Positions 1 through 13,889 of a stretch of 64,000 nucleotides of DNA are shown here, piece by piece (the stretch's first letter is position 1; the number at the start of each line of letters is the position of its first letter). The translations under genes were made by a program, and so were the position numbers. The notes beneath the pieces were generated by a model. The model worked only from the letters and a program-made list of their open reading frames with translations, did no database searches and was not told where the DNA came from. Origin of the DNA: Eledone cirrhosa (Eukaryota); assembly GCA_964016885.1 (NCBI GenBank), contig OZ024743.1, positions 99,758,001 through 99,822,000 on the forward strand. Reading direction: 5' to 3'.

Positions 1-1014
1 AAATTCAAACAGCCATTTTAGTAACATTATATGAGCAATATTCTTTTTAAGTTTCAGTTTTCTTGAGTATGATATGACTATATATTTAGTTCAGGCCTAT
101 ACTTCATCATTATCAACATCATCTTACATTTATCTGCTTTCAATATTGTCATGAATTGAATGAGCATTACAGCCTAAGTCAGTTCTTATTTGGCTTTAAT
201 GCCAGAGGACCACACTTTGCTCATATGTTATAGTTTTGTCATAGTTCCTATGGCTTAATGTACTTCCTAATACCAACCATTTTACAAAGTGTACTGGATG
301 TATTTCATCATGACAGCAGCAATAATATTTCTCTGGAGTCAAGTTTAAGGGTGGTACTAGAAGAGAGGATATGATGAAGTCAAGCATAATGATTCCTTCC
401 TAAACTAAGCTGACAGCAGTTCATACCATGATCAGAGAGAGATAATGACAAGCTGCAAATATAATGTCAACAATGAAAGCAACAGAGCTGTTTTCTTTCT
501 CTTTTTCTTCTTTTAAACAACATATCATGATTTAAACTAAAAGAATTTAAACAAGTAACTTCAAAATTTTATTCAACTGATTTCTTAGAAGCAACAATTT
601 ATTGGTTGGTGAGGTGGAGAAGAACATGAAAAATATCTCAACAAAGTGAGAAGCTTATGCAAATTGAATGCAACTTGTTATCCATATGATAGGAAACAAT
701 TTATATTAGAACATTAAGAATAAAATAATAGCTTGCAGCAGATAACAATCTCGACAGTATCTGTGTTTAATTTTGAGGGGGTTTTCTTTTGTTTTTGTTT
801 TGTTTATATATATATATATATATTTTTTTTTTTTATAGTTAAAAAAAAATATCACTTTACTTGCTTTTATGCTTTTTATTCAAATCATTTGAATTCTGTG
901 TTTGAAAGTTTCTCTTTTGTTTTTTGTTAATATCCTATTATGGATTTTTCCATTAACTAAATATCTCCCATATCGCTTGCACAAATGCACATGTACTAAC
1001 CTAAATATTCATGT

Positions 1015-1042
1015 ATGTGTGTACTTATATGTATATATGTAT

Positions 1043-1087
<45 letters not shown>

Positions 1088-1156
1088 CAAATATTATATA
1101 AATATATATATATACATACAAATATTATATAAATATATATATATACATACAAACAT

Positions 1157-1188
<32 letters not shown>

Positions 1189-1571
1189 CATACAAACATT
1201 ATATATATATATATATCAAGGAAGAGAGTGAGAGTAATATGTAGAAGAGAGAAGCAAACAGACTGATAGAGAAAAACACACACATACACACATACACACA
1301 CACACATACATACACATGCAAACCTACATACACACACACATACATACGTTCATACATACATATATACACATACACACACATACATATATTTACTCGTGTA
1401 TGCAACTACATCTATAAAGCAGAAAAAATCCGAGAGAGAGAGAGGGGGTAGAGAGAGGAGAGAGAGGAGGTGGAGGTAGAGAAAGAGAGAGAGAGAGAGG
1501 GGGGGAGGTAGAGAGAGAAAGAGATAGAGAGGGGAGGTAGAGAGAGATATATATATAGAGAGAGAGGGGAG

Positions 1572-1611
<40 letters not shown>

Positions 1612-2780
1612 GGTAGGTAGAGAGAGACGGGAGGTAGAGAGAGAGACAGAGAGAGATAGGGAGGCAGAGAGAGAGAGACAGAGAGAGATAGAGAGGGGAG
1701 AGAGAGATAGAGAGGGGAGAGAGGGGAGGTAGAGAGAGAGATAGAGAGATAGAGAGGGGAGAGAGGGGAGGTAGAGAGAGAGATAGAGAGGGGAGGTAGA
1801 AAGAGAGAGATAGAGAGAGATAGAGAGGGGAGGTAGAGAGATAGAGAGGAGAGGTAGAGAGAGAGATGGTTCACATTTGTCAATTTTCTCTTATCAAAAT
1901 CATTTTTTTTCTTCTCAAACTTCCTTTCTACCAACATCACACACACATACATACACATATACACATACATACATAGACACATATACACACACACATATAC
2001 AGACACACATATACACATATTTACACACACACATATACACACATACATACACACACACATATACACACATACATACACACACACACTTACATACACACAC
2101 ACATATATACACACATACACACACACATATACAAACATACATACACACACACATATACACACATACATACACACACACATATACAGACATACATACACAC
2201 ATACATACATACACACACACATATACACACACATACATACACACACACACATATACACATACATACACACATATATACACACATACATACACACACACAT
2301 ACACACACACATATACACACATACATACACACACACATATACACACACATATACACACATACATACACACACACATACACACACATATACACACATACAC
2401 ACAAACATACACACACACATATACACACATACATACACACACACATACAAACATACATACACACACACATATACACACACATACATACACACACACACAC
2501 ATACACACACACACATACAGACATACATACACACATATACATACATACATACACACACACATATACACACATACATACACACACACATACACACATACAT
2601 ACACACACATATACACATACATACACACACATACACACATATATACACACACATATACACACATACATACACACACATATATACACACATACATACACAC
2701 ATACATATACACACATACATACACACACACATATACGCACATATATACACACACACAGACACTTACATATAAACACACAT
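1015..2780. repeat. Compound microsatellite block: (TA)n, (CA/TA)n, (GA)-rich polypurine tract, (CA)(TA) mosaic
   Basis: (TA)n at about 1049-1215, CA/TA at 1276-1390, GA-rich at 1431-1866, CA/TA mosaic at 1937-2780. Explains the VC/HT/LS low-complexity ORFs. Confidence 0.97.
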
Positions 2781-2987
2781 GAGCATCTTGTGTGTTTATA
2801 TATGTAAATGTGTGTGTGTGTGTGTGATGGAAAAAAAGGAAGATTTAGAAGAAAATAACCCACACAGATATTCACACACACATCATTAAATGTGTGAATA
2901 TGTACATGTGTGTGTGTATATGTGTATGTATGTGTATGTATGTGTGCCAGTGTGATGTAAAAAAGGAAGGTTAAGAAGAAAATAACC

Positions 2988-5900
2988 CACACATACATAT
3001 CTATACTTACACACAGATGCCATACACATACATATCCACACTTACACACAGATGCCATACACATACATATCTATACTTACACACAGATGCCATACACACA
3101 CATATCCACACTTACAAACAGATGCCATACACCTACATATCCACACTTACACACATATGCCATACACACACATATCTATACTTACACACAGATGCCATAC
3201 ACATACATATCCACACTTACACACAGATGCCATACACACACATATCCATACTTACACACAGATGCCCTACATATATATATCCACACTTACACACAGATGC
3301 CATACACACACATATCCACACTTACACACAGATGCCATACACATACATATCTATACTTACACACACAGATGCCATACATATCTATACTTACACACAGATG
3401 CCATACACACACATATCCACACTTACACACAGATGCCATACACATACATATCTATACTTACACACACATATGCCATACACATACATATCTATACTTACAC
3501 ACAGATCCCATACACACACATATCCACACTTACACACATATACCATACACAAACATATCGACACTTACACACAGATGCCGTACACCTACATATCCACACT
3601 TACACACAGATGCCATATCCACACATATCCACACTTACACACAGATGCCATACACATACATATCCACTTACACACAGATGCCATACACACACATATCCAC
3701 ACTTACACACAGATGACATACACACACATATCGACACTTACACACAGATGCCGTACACCTACATGTCCACACTTACACACAGATGCCATACACATACATA
3801 TCCACTTACACACAGATGCCATACACACACATATCCACACTTACACACAGATGCCATACACATACATATCCACACTTACACATAGATGCCATAAACCTAC
3901 ATATCCACACTTACATACAGATGCCATACACACACATATCCACACTTACACACAGATGCCATACACATACATATCCACACTTAAACACAGATGCCATACA
4001 CACACATATCCACACTTACATACAGATGCCATACACACACATATCCACACTTACACAGATGCCATACATACACATCCACACTTACACACAGATGCCATAC
4101 ACACACATATCCACACTTACACACAGATGCCATACACACACATATCCACACTTACACACATATGCCATACATATCCCCACTTACCCACAGATGCCATACA
4201 CACACATATCCACACTGACACACAGATGCCATACACACACATATCCACACTTACATACAGATGCCATAGACATACATATCCACACTTACGCACGGGATGC
4301 CATACACACACATATCCACACATACCCACAGATTCCATACACATACATATATATACTTATACATACATATCTATACTTACACACAGATGCCATACACACA
4401 CATATCCACACTTACACACATATGCCATACATATCCACACTTACCCACAGATGCCATACACACACATATCCACACTTACACACATATGCCATCATATCCA
4501 CACTTACACACAGATGCCATACACACACATATCCACACTTACACACAGATGCCATGCACATACATATCTATACTTACACACATATATCCACACTTACACA
4601 GATGCCATATACATACATATCCACACTTACGCACAGATGCCATACATACACATATCCATACATACATACAGATGCCATACACACATATCCACACTTACAT
4701 ACACATGCCATACACATACATATCCACACTTACACGCAGATGCCATACACACACATATCCACACTTACACACAGATGCCATACACATACATATCTATACT
4801 TACACACAGATGCCATACACACACATATACACACTTACACACAGATGCTATACACATACATATCCACACTTACACACAGATACCATACACACACATATCC
4901 ACACTTACACACAGATGCCATACACACACATATCCACACTTACACAGATGCATACACATACATATCCACACTTACACACAGATGCCATACACATACATAT
5001 CTATACTTACACACAGATGCCATACACATACATATCCAGCCTTACACACAGATGCCATACACATACATATCCACACTTACACACAGATCCACACTTACAC
5101 ACAGATGCCAAACACATACATATCTATACTTACAAACAGATGCCATACACACACATATCTATACTTACACACAGATGCCATACACACACATATCTATACT
5201 TACACACATATGCCATACACACACATATCGACACTTACACACAGATGCCATACACACACATATCCACACTTAAACACAGATGCCATACACATACATATCC
5301 ACACTGACACACAGATGTCATACACACACATATCCACACTTACACACAGATGCCATACACACACATATCCACATTTACACACAGATGCCTTACACACACA
5401 TATCCACACTGACACACAGATGCCATACACATATATATCCACACTTACACACATATGCCATACACATACATATCCACACTTACACACATATGCCATACAC
5501 ATACATATCCACACTTACACACAGATGCCATACACACACACATCCACACTTACACACAGATGCCATACACATACATATCTATACTTACACACACATGCCA
5601 TACACATACATATCCACTTACACACAGATGCCATACACACACATATCCACACTTACACACAGATGCCATACACACACATATCCACACTTACACACAGATG
5701 CCATACACACACATATCCACACTTACACACATATGCCATACACATACATATCTATACTTACGCACAGATGCCATACACACACATATCCACACTTACACAC
5801 AGATGCCATACACACACATATCCACACTTACACACAGATGCCATACACACACATATCCACACTTACACACAGATGCAACACACACACATATCCACACTTA

Positions 5901-6950
5901 CGCACAGATGCCATACACACACATATCCACACTTACGAACAGATGCCATATCCACACATAAACACAGATGCGATAAACACACATATCCACACTTACACAC
6001 AGATGCCATACATACACATATCCACACATACACACAGATGCCATACACACACATATCCACACATACACACAGATGCCATACACATACATATTTATACTTA
6101 CATACAGATGCCATACACAAAGATATCCACACTTACACACAGATGCCATGCACATACATATCCACACTTATGCACAGATGCCATACATACACATATCCAT
6201 ACATACACACATATCGACACAGATGCCATACACATACATATCCACACTTACACACAGATGCCATACATATCCACACTTACACACAGATGCCATACACACA
6301 CATATCTATACTTACACACAGATGCCATACACATACATATCCACACTTACACACAGATGCCATACACATACATATCTATACTTACACACAGATGCCATAC
6401 ACATACATATCCACACTTACACACAGATGCCATACACACACATATCCACACTTACACACAGATGCCATACACACACACATATCCACACTTACACACAGAT
6501 GCCATACACACATATCCACACTTACACACAGATGCCATACATATCCACACTTACACACAGATGCCATACACACACATATCTATACTTACACACAGATGCC
6601 ATTCACACACATATCCACACTTACACAGATGCTATACACATACATATCCACATTTACACACAGCTGCCATACACATATCCACACTTACACACAGATGCCA
6701 TACACATACATATCCACACTTACACACAGATGCCATACACACACATATCCACACTTACACACAGATGCCATACACATACATATCCACACTTACACACAGA
6801 TGCTATACACACACAGATCCACACTTACACACAGATGCCATACACATACATATCCACACTTACACACAGATGCCATACACACACATATCCACACTTACAC
6901 ACAGATGCCATACACACATAGATTCCATACACATACATATCCATACACAT
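2988..6950 (+). repeat. 35-bp CA-derived minisatellite (CACACAGATGCCATACACACACATATCCACACTTA), roughly 110-120 copies
   Basis: The GATGCC anchor recurs at 3016, 3051, 3086 and onward. The ORFs repeat a 35-aa unit, which equals 3 DNA units. Copy number is estimated from length. Confidence 0.97.
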
Positions 6951-7004
6951 CTCCCAACACCTATTTGCCATAATGTGTTTTCCTCCAATATGTGGCTGTT
7001 ATTT

Positions 7005-7162
7005 CTCTTTCCTCTACCCAACTTCCTCTTTCCTCTACCCAGACCTTCTCTTTCCTCTACCCAGACTTCCTCTTTCCTCTACCCAGAGCTCCTCTTACCT
7101 CTACCCAGAGCTCCTCTTACCTCTAACCAGACCTCCTCTTACCTTTACCCAGACCTCCTCTT
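7005..7162 (+). repeat. 22-bp pyrimidine-rich minisatellite (CTCTTTCCTCTACCCAGACTTC), about 7 copies
   Basis: Direct reading of tandem units, which diverge gradually along the array. Confidence 0.9.
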
Positions 7163-7373
7163 GCTGTTCCAATTAATGTTCAATGGTTGAAGAAACAATT
7201 CTCCCCAACCGAAGTCAACCTTAAAACCTCAGAACTTCCTTCTTATTAACTTAAAAAGGACCAGAATTTCAGAGATTTACCAAAATACTGGAATTAAGTC
7301 AAAAGAGATTACTTGAAATTAAGAATGTTTTTTTAGTTCCTTTTAACACTTTCTTTCCATAATTTTAACACAT

Positions 7374-7375
<2 letters not shown>

Positions 7376-7448
<73 letters not shown>

Positions 7449-8060
7449 GTATGTGTGTGTGTGTGTATGTGTGTGTCTGTGTGTGTCTGTGTGTGTGTGT
7501 ATGTCTGTGTGTGCTGTGTGTGTGTGTGTGTGTGTGTGTGTGTTGTGTGTACTGTGTATGTGTGTGTGTGTGTGTGTGTTAAAATTCAAGAGAGAATGTG
7601 TTAAAAGCGATGTTAATAAGCATTTATACTTAATCGTCCTACATCTACACACATTGATACAGACATACATTCATACAAACTCATACACACACATAGCACA
7701 CACACACACATAGCACACACACACACATAGCACACACACACACATAGCACACACACACATAGCACACACACATACAGCACACATACACACACTTATAGCA
7801 CACACACATTTTAGCACACTCATAGCACACACATACACACACACATAGCACACACATAGCACACACACATACACACACATAGCACGCACACACATAGCAC
7901 GCACACACATAGCACGCACACACACACCCACATACACATACACACACGCACACATACACACAGCACACACACATACCACACACACACACATACACACACA
8001 CACGCACATAGCACACACACACAGCACACATACACACACACATAGCACACACACACACAC
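7376..8060. repeat. (GT)n tract at 7376-7578 followed by a (CA)n/CATAGCA tract at 7681-8060
   Basis: Direct reading. The two tracts are roughly complementary and about 100 bp apart. Confidence 0.95.
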
Positions 8061-8384
8061 AGTTATTTAATGCTAAATCTAATGTTTCCACAAAAGTGCA
8101 AATATAAAGTATTAGGGGGACTAAACAAGATCAAATCACAATCAATATGTAAACCTTGATGGAAAAAAATGATAAAATAACAGCAAAATGGAGGAACAGA
8201 GGGTGAAATGGCAATTTTAGAGTAAAAAACAAAATGTCTTTCATAAGTGAAAATGATTCTAAATAATTTTACTAGGGTAGAATTTTAGTTGGATGCCGAA
8301 CTATAATTAAGATGTAATTTTCTTTTCAAAGAAAGTTTAATGAGCATAGTTGTGGAAATACATAGTTGAAAATGAAAATATATG

Positions 8385-8530
8385 TATCGTTAAGGAGTTT
8401 GCTTCACAACCATGTGGTTCAGAGTTCACCCCTATTACGGGACACTTTAGGTGAGTTGATTGTACTATAATAGCCATGGTTTGATACCTTGTCAGTAGTT
8501 CATAGATGAAAACTATAGAGAATCCTGTGT
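8385..8530 (+). mobile_element. Degenerate tRNA-headed SINE (related copies at about 10755-10900, 21060-21165, 39635-39770)
   Basis: Copies share a pattern like GTTAAGAAGTT..GGTTCA..CCCA..GGCAAGTGTCTTCTA.TATAGC, resembling Pol III A/B boxes followed by a conserved body. Confidence 0.6.
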
Positions 8531-8544
8531 TGCCAAATACTCAA

Positions 8545-9604
8545 CCCATAGCATTCACACTACTCTATATTTACTATTGTATTTTCATGGTAAAGGCTTT
8601 ACCTCACATAGCATTCACACTACTCTATATTTACTATTGTATTTTCATGGTAAAGGCTTTACCTCACATAACATTCACACTACTCTATATTTACTATTGT
8701 ATTCTCATGTTAAAGGCTTTACCTCACATAACATTCACACTACTCTATATTTACTATTGTATTTTCATGGTAAAGGCTTTACCTCACATAACATTCACAC
8801 TACTCTATATTTACTATTGTATTTTCATGGTAAAGGCTTTACCTCACATAACATTCACACTACTCTATATTTACTATTGTATTTTCATGGTAAAGGCTTT
8901 ACCTCACATAACATTCACACTACTCTATATTTACTATTGTATTTTCATGGTAAAGGCTTTATCTCACATAACATTCACACTACTCTATATTTACTATTGT
9001 ATTTTCATGGTAAAGGCTTTACCTCACATAACAATCACACTACTCTATATTTACTATTGTATTTTCATGGTAAAGGCTTTACCTCACATAACAATCACAC
9101 TACTCTATATTTACTATTGTATTTTCATGTTAAAGGCTTTACCTCACATAACATTCACACTACTCTATATTTACTATTGTATTTTCATGGTAAAGGCTTT
9201 ACCTCACATAACATTCACACTACTCTATATTTACTATTGTATTTTCATGGTAAAGGCTTTACCTCACATAACATTCACACTACTCTATATTTACTATTGT
9301 ATTTTCATGGTAAAGGCTTTACCTCACATAACATTCACACTACTCTATATTTACTATTGTATTTTCATGTTAAAGGCTTTACCTCACATAACATTCACAC
9401 TACTCTATATTTACTATTGTATTTTCATGGTAAAGGCTTTACCTTACATAATTATCTTACATAATATCGAATCTATGAGATTTTGATATAATTTATTTTG
9501 AGAACAATACCTAAACATCAGTATGAGTCGCCGATTATAGGCGGTTTGAACAGAAAGCAGTGAGAGAATTCTGGCCGGATATGGCCGGTTTAAATGCTAA
9601 AGGG
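8545..9604. mobile_element. piggyBac-like MITE (family B) whose terminal 60 bp is tandemly amplified
   Basis: The right end reads TTTAAATGCTAAAGGG|TTAA (TTAA at 9605-9608). The left end is a degenerate CCCATAGCATTCAC. The body is the reverse complement of the 9791-9997 copy. Confidence 0.85.
8551..9450 (+). repeat. 60-bp minisatellite, 15 near-identical copies
   Basis: Unit ACATTCACACTACTCTATATTTACTATTGTATTTTCATGGTAAAGGCTTTACCTCACATA stays in register with the 60-nt display lines. Confidence 0.98.
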
Positions 9605-9790
9605 TTAATGAAAGTTGTTTAATAGGCTTGGGTTTCTTCTACAGAGCATCAAAGAGAGTTCCGTTTTAATACATACTTGCATTGTACAAATCACAGAAAT
9701 ATTCCACAATGGAATACCTTCCATATATTTTGTATAATACACCAACAACATTCATCCATATAAGAAAGCTATATTACTAAATTCTTCTAA

Positions 9791-9997
9791 CCCTTTAGCA
9801 TTTAAAATGGCCATATCTGGCCAGAATTCTCTCACCTCTTTCTGTTTAAACTGGCCATAACCAACCACTCATACTGATGTTAAGATATTGTTCTAAAAAT
9901 AAATAACAACTCAATATTATGTGAGATAAATATATGAGGTAAAGCCTTTACCTTGAAAATATAATAGTATATAGAGAATAATGTAAATGCTAAAGGG
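9791..9997. mobile_element. piggyBac-like MITE (family B), about 207 bp, with CTAA target-site duplication
   Basis: TIRs CCCTTTAGCATTTA ... TAAATGCTAAAGGG, with CTAA at 9787-9790 and 9998-10001. It sits in a family-A MITE remnant ending ATGGTAACAAAAGGGTTAA near 10077. Confidence 0.88.
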
Positions 9998-11349
9998 CTA
10001 AATTCTTTACTACTTTAAAAAATTATTTGAAAATCATAGACAGTTTTTCATTAGAAGTATGGTAACAAAAGGGTTAAAAAGCTATCTATTTGATAATCAC
10101 AATTATTTTTACTACTGCTTTCTAAGGCCCTAGCTGCAGCCTGTGTTGTCCTTTAATCCTTTCAATACCAAACCACCAGTAACAACTCCTGGTTTTATGG
10201 TACACAGGTTTCAAGGTGATTCTATTTATTCATAAACCTTCCATTATAATTCTATGTAAGAACCTTTGTTAAACTATGCTCCAAACACTAGCTTAATATT
10301 GAGAATGTTAGTTCTATTATTTGAAAACCATAGGTAATGTCTTTCATTAGAATTATGGTAATACAATCCACAGAGTGAAATAAAAGTATAACACACTCAG
10401 ATACTATGGAATGATATTTGGGAGGGACAGTAACAAATTCTAATCTTCTGAATATCTTAACTGAAAGTAATATCCAATGTCTGAAGCATCAGGTGATCAG
10501 TTTGAATTAACTTTAGTGCTACTACTGCTAAAATATAATCACAAGTTTTCTAAATACACGTTTACATTCCCCATTCAATCCTAGATTAACCATTAATTTA
10601 ATTTACTTTTCTAAACAATCAGCAATCTAAATGACAGGATCGACTTTACATTACTCATAAATATTCTTGGTCTAATAACAGCCATCTGTTCAGTGATATC
10701 ATTCCAGTTATAAGGCCTTGGAATATTTATTTTAAATACTTGTAGAAGTAGACATCAGTCTGGTTAAGAAGTTCACTTTGTGGCCACAGGGGCCGAGGTT
10801 ACATCCCACAGTGCAGCAAATAAGCAAGTGTCTTCTATTATAGCTTCAGACCAACTGAATCCTTGAGTAAATTTGATAGATGGAAACTATAAAAGAAGCT
10901 CATCATATATATTTAAATGTATGTATGTGTATATAAGTGTGTGTGTGTGTGTGTGTGTACAATGTGGATGTATAATGTTTGTGTGCATGAATGAGCTGAG
11001 AGAAAAACTGGCTATAAGAGGAATCGGATGTAGTGAGCAAGAAAGAAGATTATGCTGGTAAAAACATGTGATGTGTATGGAAATGAACATTAGGTGAAAA
11101 GTGCCAGGGGATACACGAAAGAAATGCAACAAATAGAAGGAAGCTATGCTAGGAAATACCTGGCCAACAGACATAAAAGAACTATGATGATGATGATTAT
11201 GATCATGATAATCAGGAGGAGGAAGACGATATACATATATATGCATGTGTGTATGTCAATTCTAATAATGCTTAGAGTGCTGTTCTAACAAATTACTGTT
11301 ACCAAGATTTTGTGCCAATGTACATGGCTGTCAGTGTTACATTCAGTCT

Positions 11350-11540
11350 ATCTTTGTAGTGGTTTTTCTGAACACGAGAGTTTCTCTTACCTGAAGTTAG
11401 CTCACCATAGAGGAGTTTTAACATGTGTTGTTCATGTGAAAAACAGAGCCTCTCCAGCAAATTTGATTATTTTCCAGCAGGGTTTTTATTAAAAGAAGTT
11501 TCACTTGTTGGAGTACTTCTATGCCTGCAACATTGTCTTA
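11350..11540 (-). mobile_element. Degenerate RTE-clade LINE fragment (post-RT region)
   Basis: Minus-strand translation gives EVLQQVKLLLIKTLL..QICWRGSVFHM and, after a frameshift, LLYGELTSGKR. This resembles the RTE C-terminal consensus LRW.GHV.RM...LLYGEL..G.R. Confidence 0.6.
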
Positions 11541-12217
11541 GCATTCAATACTCAACAATCTGCGAAGATATCAACATCATCATTTTTACATTAACTTTTC
11601 CATGCAGTCATGAGATAGACGGGACTTTTTAAGACAATGCCTTTTCTGACAGCAACCCGTTCAGTAGCTTCTTATGACATGTAGAGATATGGTATACCTA
11701 TTCTAAATTGGATTCACATGACCATGTAGTATGAAAATAAATCAGCTGTTTGGCATTTCTATAGTAAATAGTCCGTGTCTCATAAATATGGAAGAGTACT
11801 GGAAGTATGATAGCTTGGCAGTAGTACTAGGGACTCTATGATCCCAAACTGTGGCTTTCCAAAAACTGGGCTTGATTTAGTTATCCTGGAATTGACCTTA
11901 TCATTAATATATGATGAGCTTCTACACAGTTTTAGTTTACCAAAGTATTGATCAGCATGAGGCTGTCAAACAGTATATCAAACCTAAAATCATAGGCAGT
12001 GTCTTTCCTTAGAAAAATAGTAGCAAAAAGGTTAAATCTCACTCTACTATTTTAAATTTAAAAAAAGACAAAACATACCCAATAATTCATATACATATCC
12101 CTAAAATGTGGGGATAGTCATGGCTGGAATGCTTTTCATTATAGGTCTGCTCAATCAAAGAGTTAACCTCAAGATAAACAACAACAATCATTAGAATAAA
12201 AGAATGTTCTTGTAAGG

Positions 12218-13090
12218 ATTAAAAGAAGTGGTGATATTAGCTATATGACAAGTATTGGAATTACTGCAACAATAGTTTCAAGTAAAGCAATTTACATAAA
12301 AACTGATAGTCTTGTTCTATTTTCCCTTATCCTTCTCTCTCAACTGTTTTTTTAATTAACACTTAAGAAAACTGAAAAGTTGAATTGATTTATTTTAAAG
12401 ACCTGAAGTCATCTTATAAAATTACAATTTGGCAGTTAAAACTGTAATATAAAACCATTATAATGAGGTGGTTGTAAAATGAACTTCTTAACCACACAAC
12501 TATGCCTGTATCATTTACTTTTTTTAATATAACAACAAACATACTGGATGGCAAGATTAAAAGTGGTAGATAAGTGACCACATCCATGATTTCAAACTTG
12601 CTACAACCATTTTAACCCATTTTAATATATTTTTGTTTCTGTTTTTACTTATTTTTTTGTTAGTCCTTGTCATATCATCATTCAGATTTTTAGTTTGTTT
12701 GGGTGAAAAACAAGTATCTATCCTACTTGAAAGCAGTTGAGTGCTTAATGGTAGAGAGAGCATATATTTGATCAACACTTAAACCACCTTACTTGTATTA
12801 ACACCGCAGAAAATGGATGAGAAGCAACAAAACGTGTGTGAAAGAGAGAGAATGTTAATGTTGGCTTGTATTTTGGTTTGTTTGTTTGGTTTTTACTTTC
12901 AGTAGTTGATAGTATATTGCTATTAGTTGGAATGGCTGGTTTAATTGGGATTTTATAAGATGACTTCAGGTCTTTAAAATAAAGTTTTCTTGAAAGTTAA
13001 CTAAAAGAAGAAAAAATTGGTTTACTTGAAACCATTGTTACAGTAATTCCAATATTTGTTGTAATACTGCTAATATCACTGCTTTTGATG
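12218..13090. repeat. Long imperfect inverted repeat (arms about 12218-12430 and 12944-13090)
   Basis: TTTATTTTAAAGACCTGAAGTCATCTTATAAAAT and its exact reverse complement are both present. Outer blocks TATTGGAATTACTG(C/T)AACAAT(A/G)GTTTCAAGTAAA also match. Confidence 0.9.
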
Positions 13091-13524
13091 AAAGAAATAT
13101 TTTCTTTTTATATTGAAGAGAGTGCTCCAGCATGGCTGTGGTTCTCATGACTAAAACACTAGAGAACTAAAGTCTGGTAGATTTCTCTTTCCTTTAGTTT
13201 ATTTCACTCTGAGTTTCAGCTTTGGATATTTATATAATGAGGCACGAGATTACATTGTCACAGTTGGAAAAGAACACATGCTCATACATTCATCATCATC
13301 ATCATCATTTAATTCATATATGCTTATACCTGGGGAGGGGGTGAGAGGGAGAAAAAGAGAGAGAGCAAGCATATTTTATTTACAAAATATGACAAATTGT
13401 GCAAATGATAAAATGATCATTAAAGTGTATATTAAAATTATATAGAAGAACTTTCTCTCACTCCTCTCTTCCGTACTCCTCCTGTTCTTTCTCTCTCTCT
13501 CTTTCTGTCTCATCTTTTTTCATA

Positions 13525-13756
13525 TCAACCCACTCAAAACTGCCCCTGATTCTATGAAACAAAAGCCACCTATTTTTAAGGATCCATATTTTACTTAAAA
13601 CTTTCCAACATAATTTCATATAAGAACCATCTGTTATGCTGCAAATGCCATCTTAATATTGAAACCAGTAATTACTTTAGTAAATCCCTCTAGATTCTTA
13701 ATTAATTAATACACATACAGCATATTTCTTTAGTAATATGGTAATAAAAGGGTTAA
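13525..13756. mobile_element. piggyBac-like MITE (family A), about 230-260 bp; other copies near 10154, 17198, 23150, 25860, 31980, 32430, 36050, 41470, 48510, 55610 and 56345
   Basis: Family ends are TTAACCCTTTTGATAC ... ATGGTAACAAAAGGGTTAA. A shared internal motif resembles ATGTAAGAAC..TTGTTAAG..ATGCTCCAAACAC. CCC/GGG termini with TTAA flanks are piggyBac hallmarks. Confidence 0.75.
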
Positions 13757-13889
13757 ATAAAGAATAGTTATGCATAACACAGCATGTGTTAGAAAATCTA
13801 AAATTAATTCAATGAAGGTGTAAATACATTTTATAAGACTTGCTTTTAAAATGTAACCATTTCATTACCATATTTCTAATGAAAATCAC

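Noticed and set aside
3017-7190. 1318-aa and other His/Thr/Tyr-rich ORFs
   Set aside because: They are translations of a 35-bp satellite that is open in all frames, with no domain, splice or codon evidence.
8506-9486. 326-aa ORF of hydrophobic 20-aa repeats resembling a membrane protein
   Set aside because: It is a by-product of the 60-bp MITE-derived array.
11386-11530. Minus-strand exon bounded by CAG and GTAAG
   Set aside because: All three frames contain stops, and the peptide matches a decayed RTE C-terminal region.
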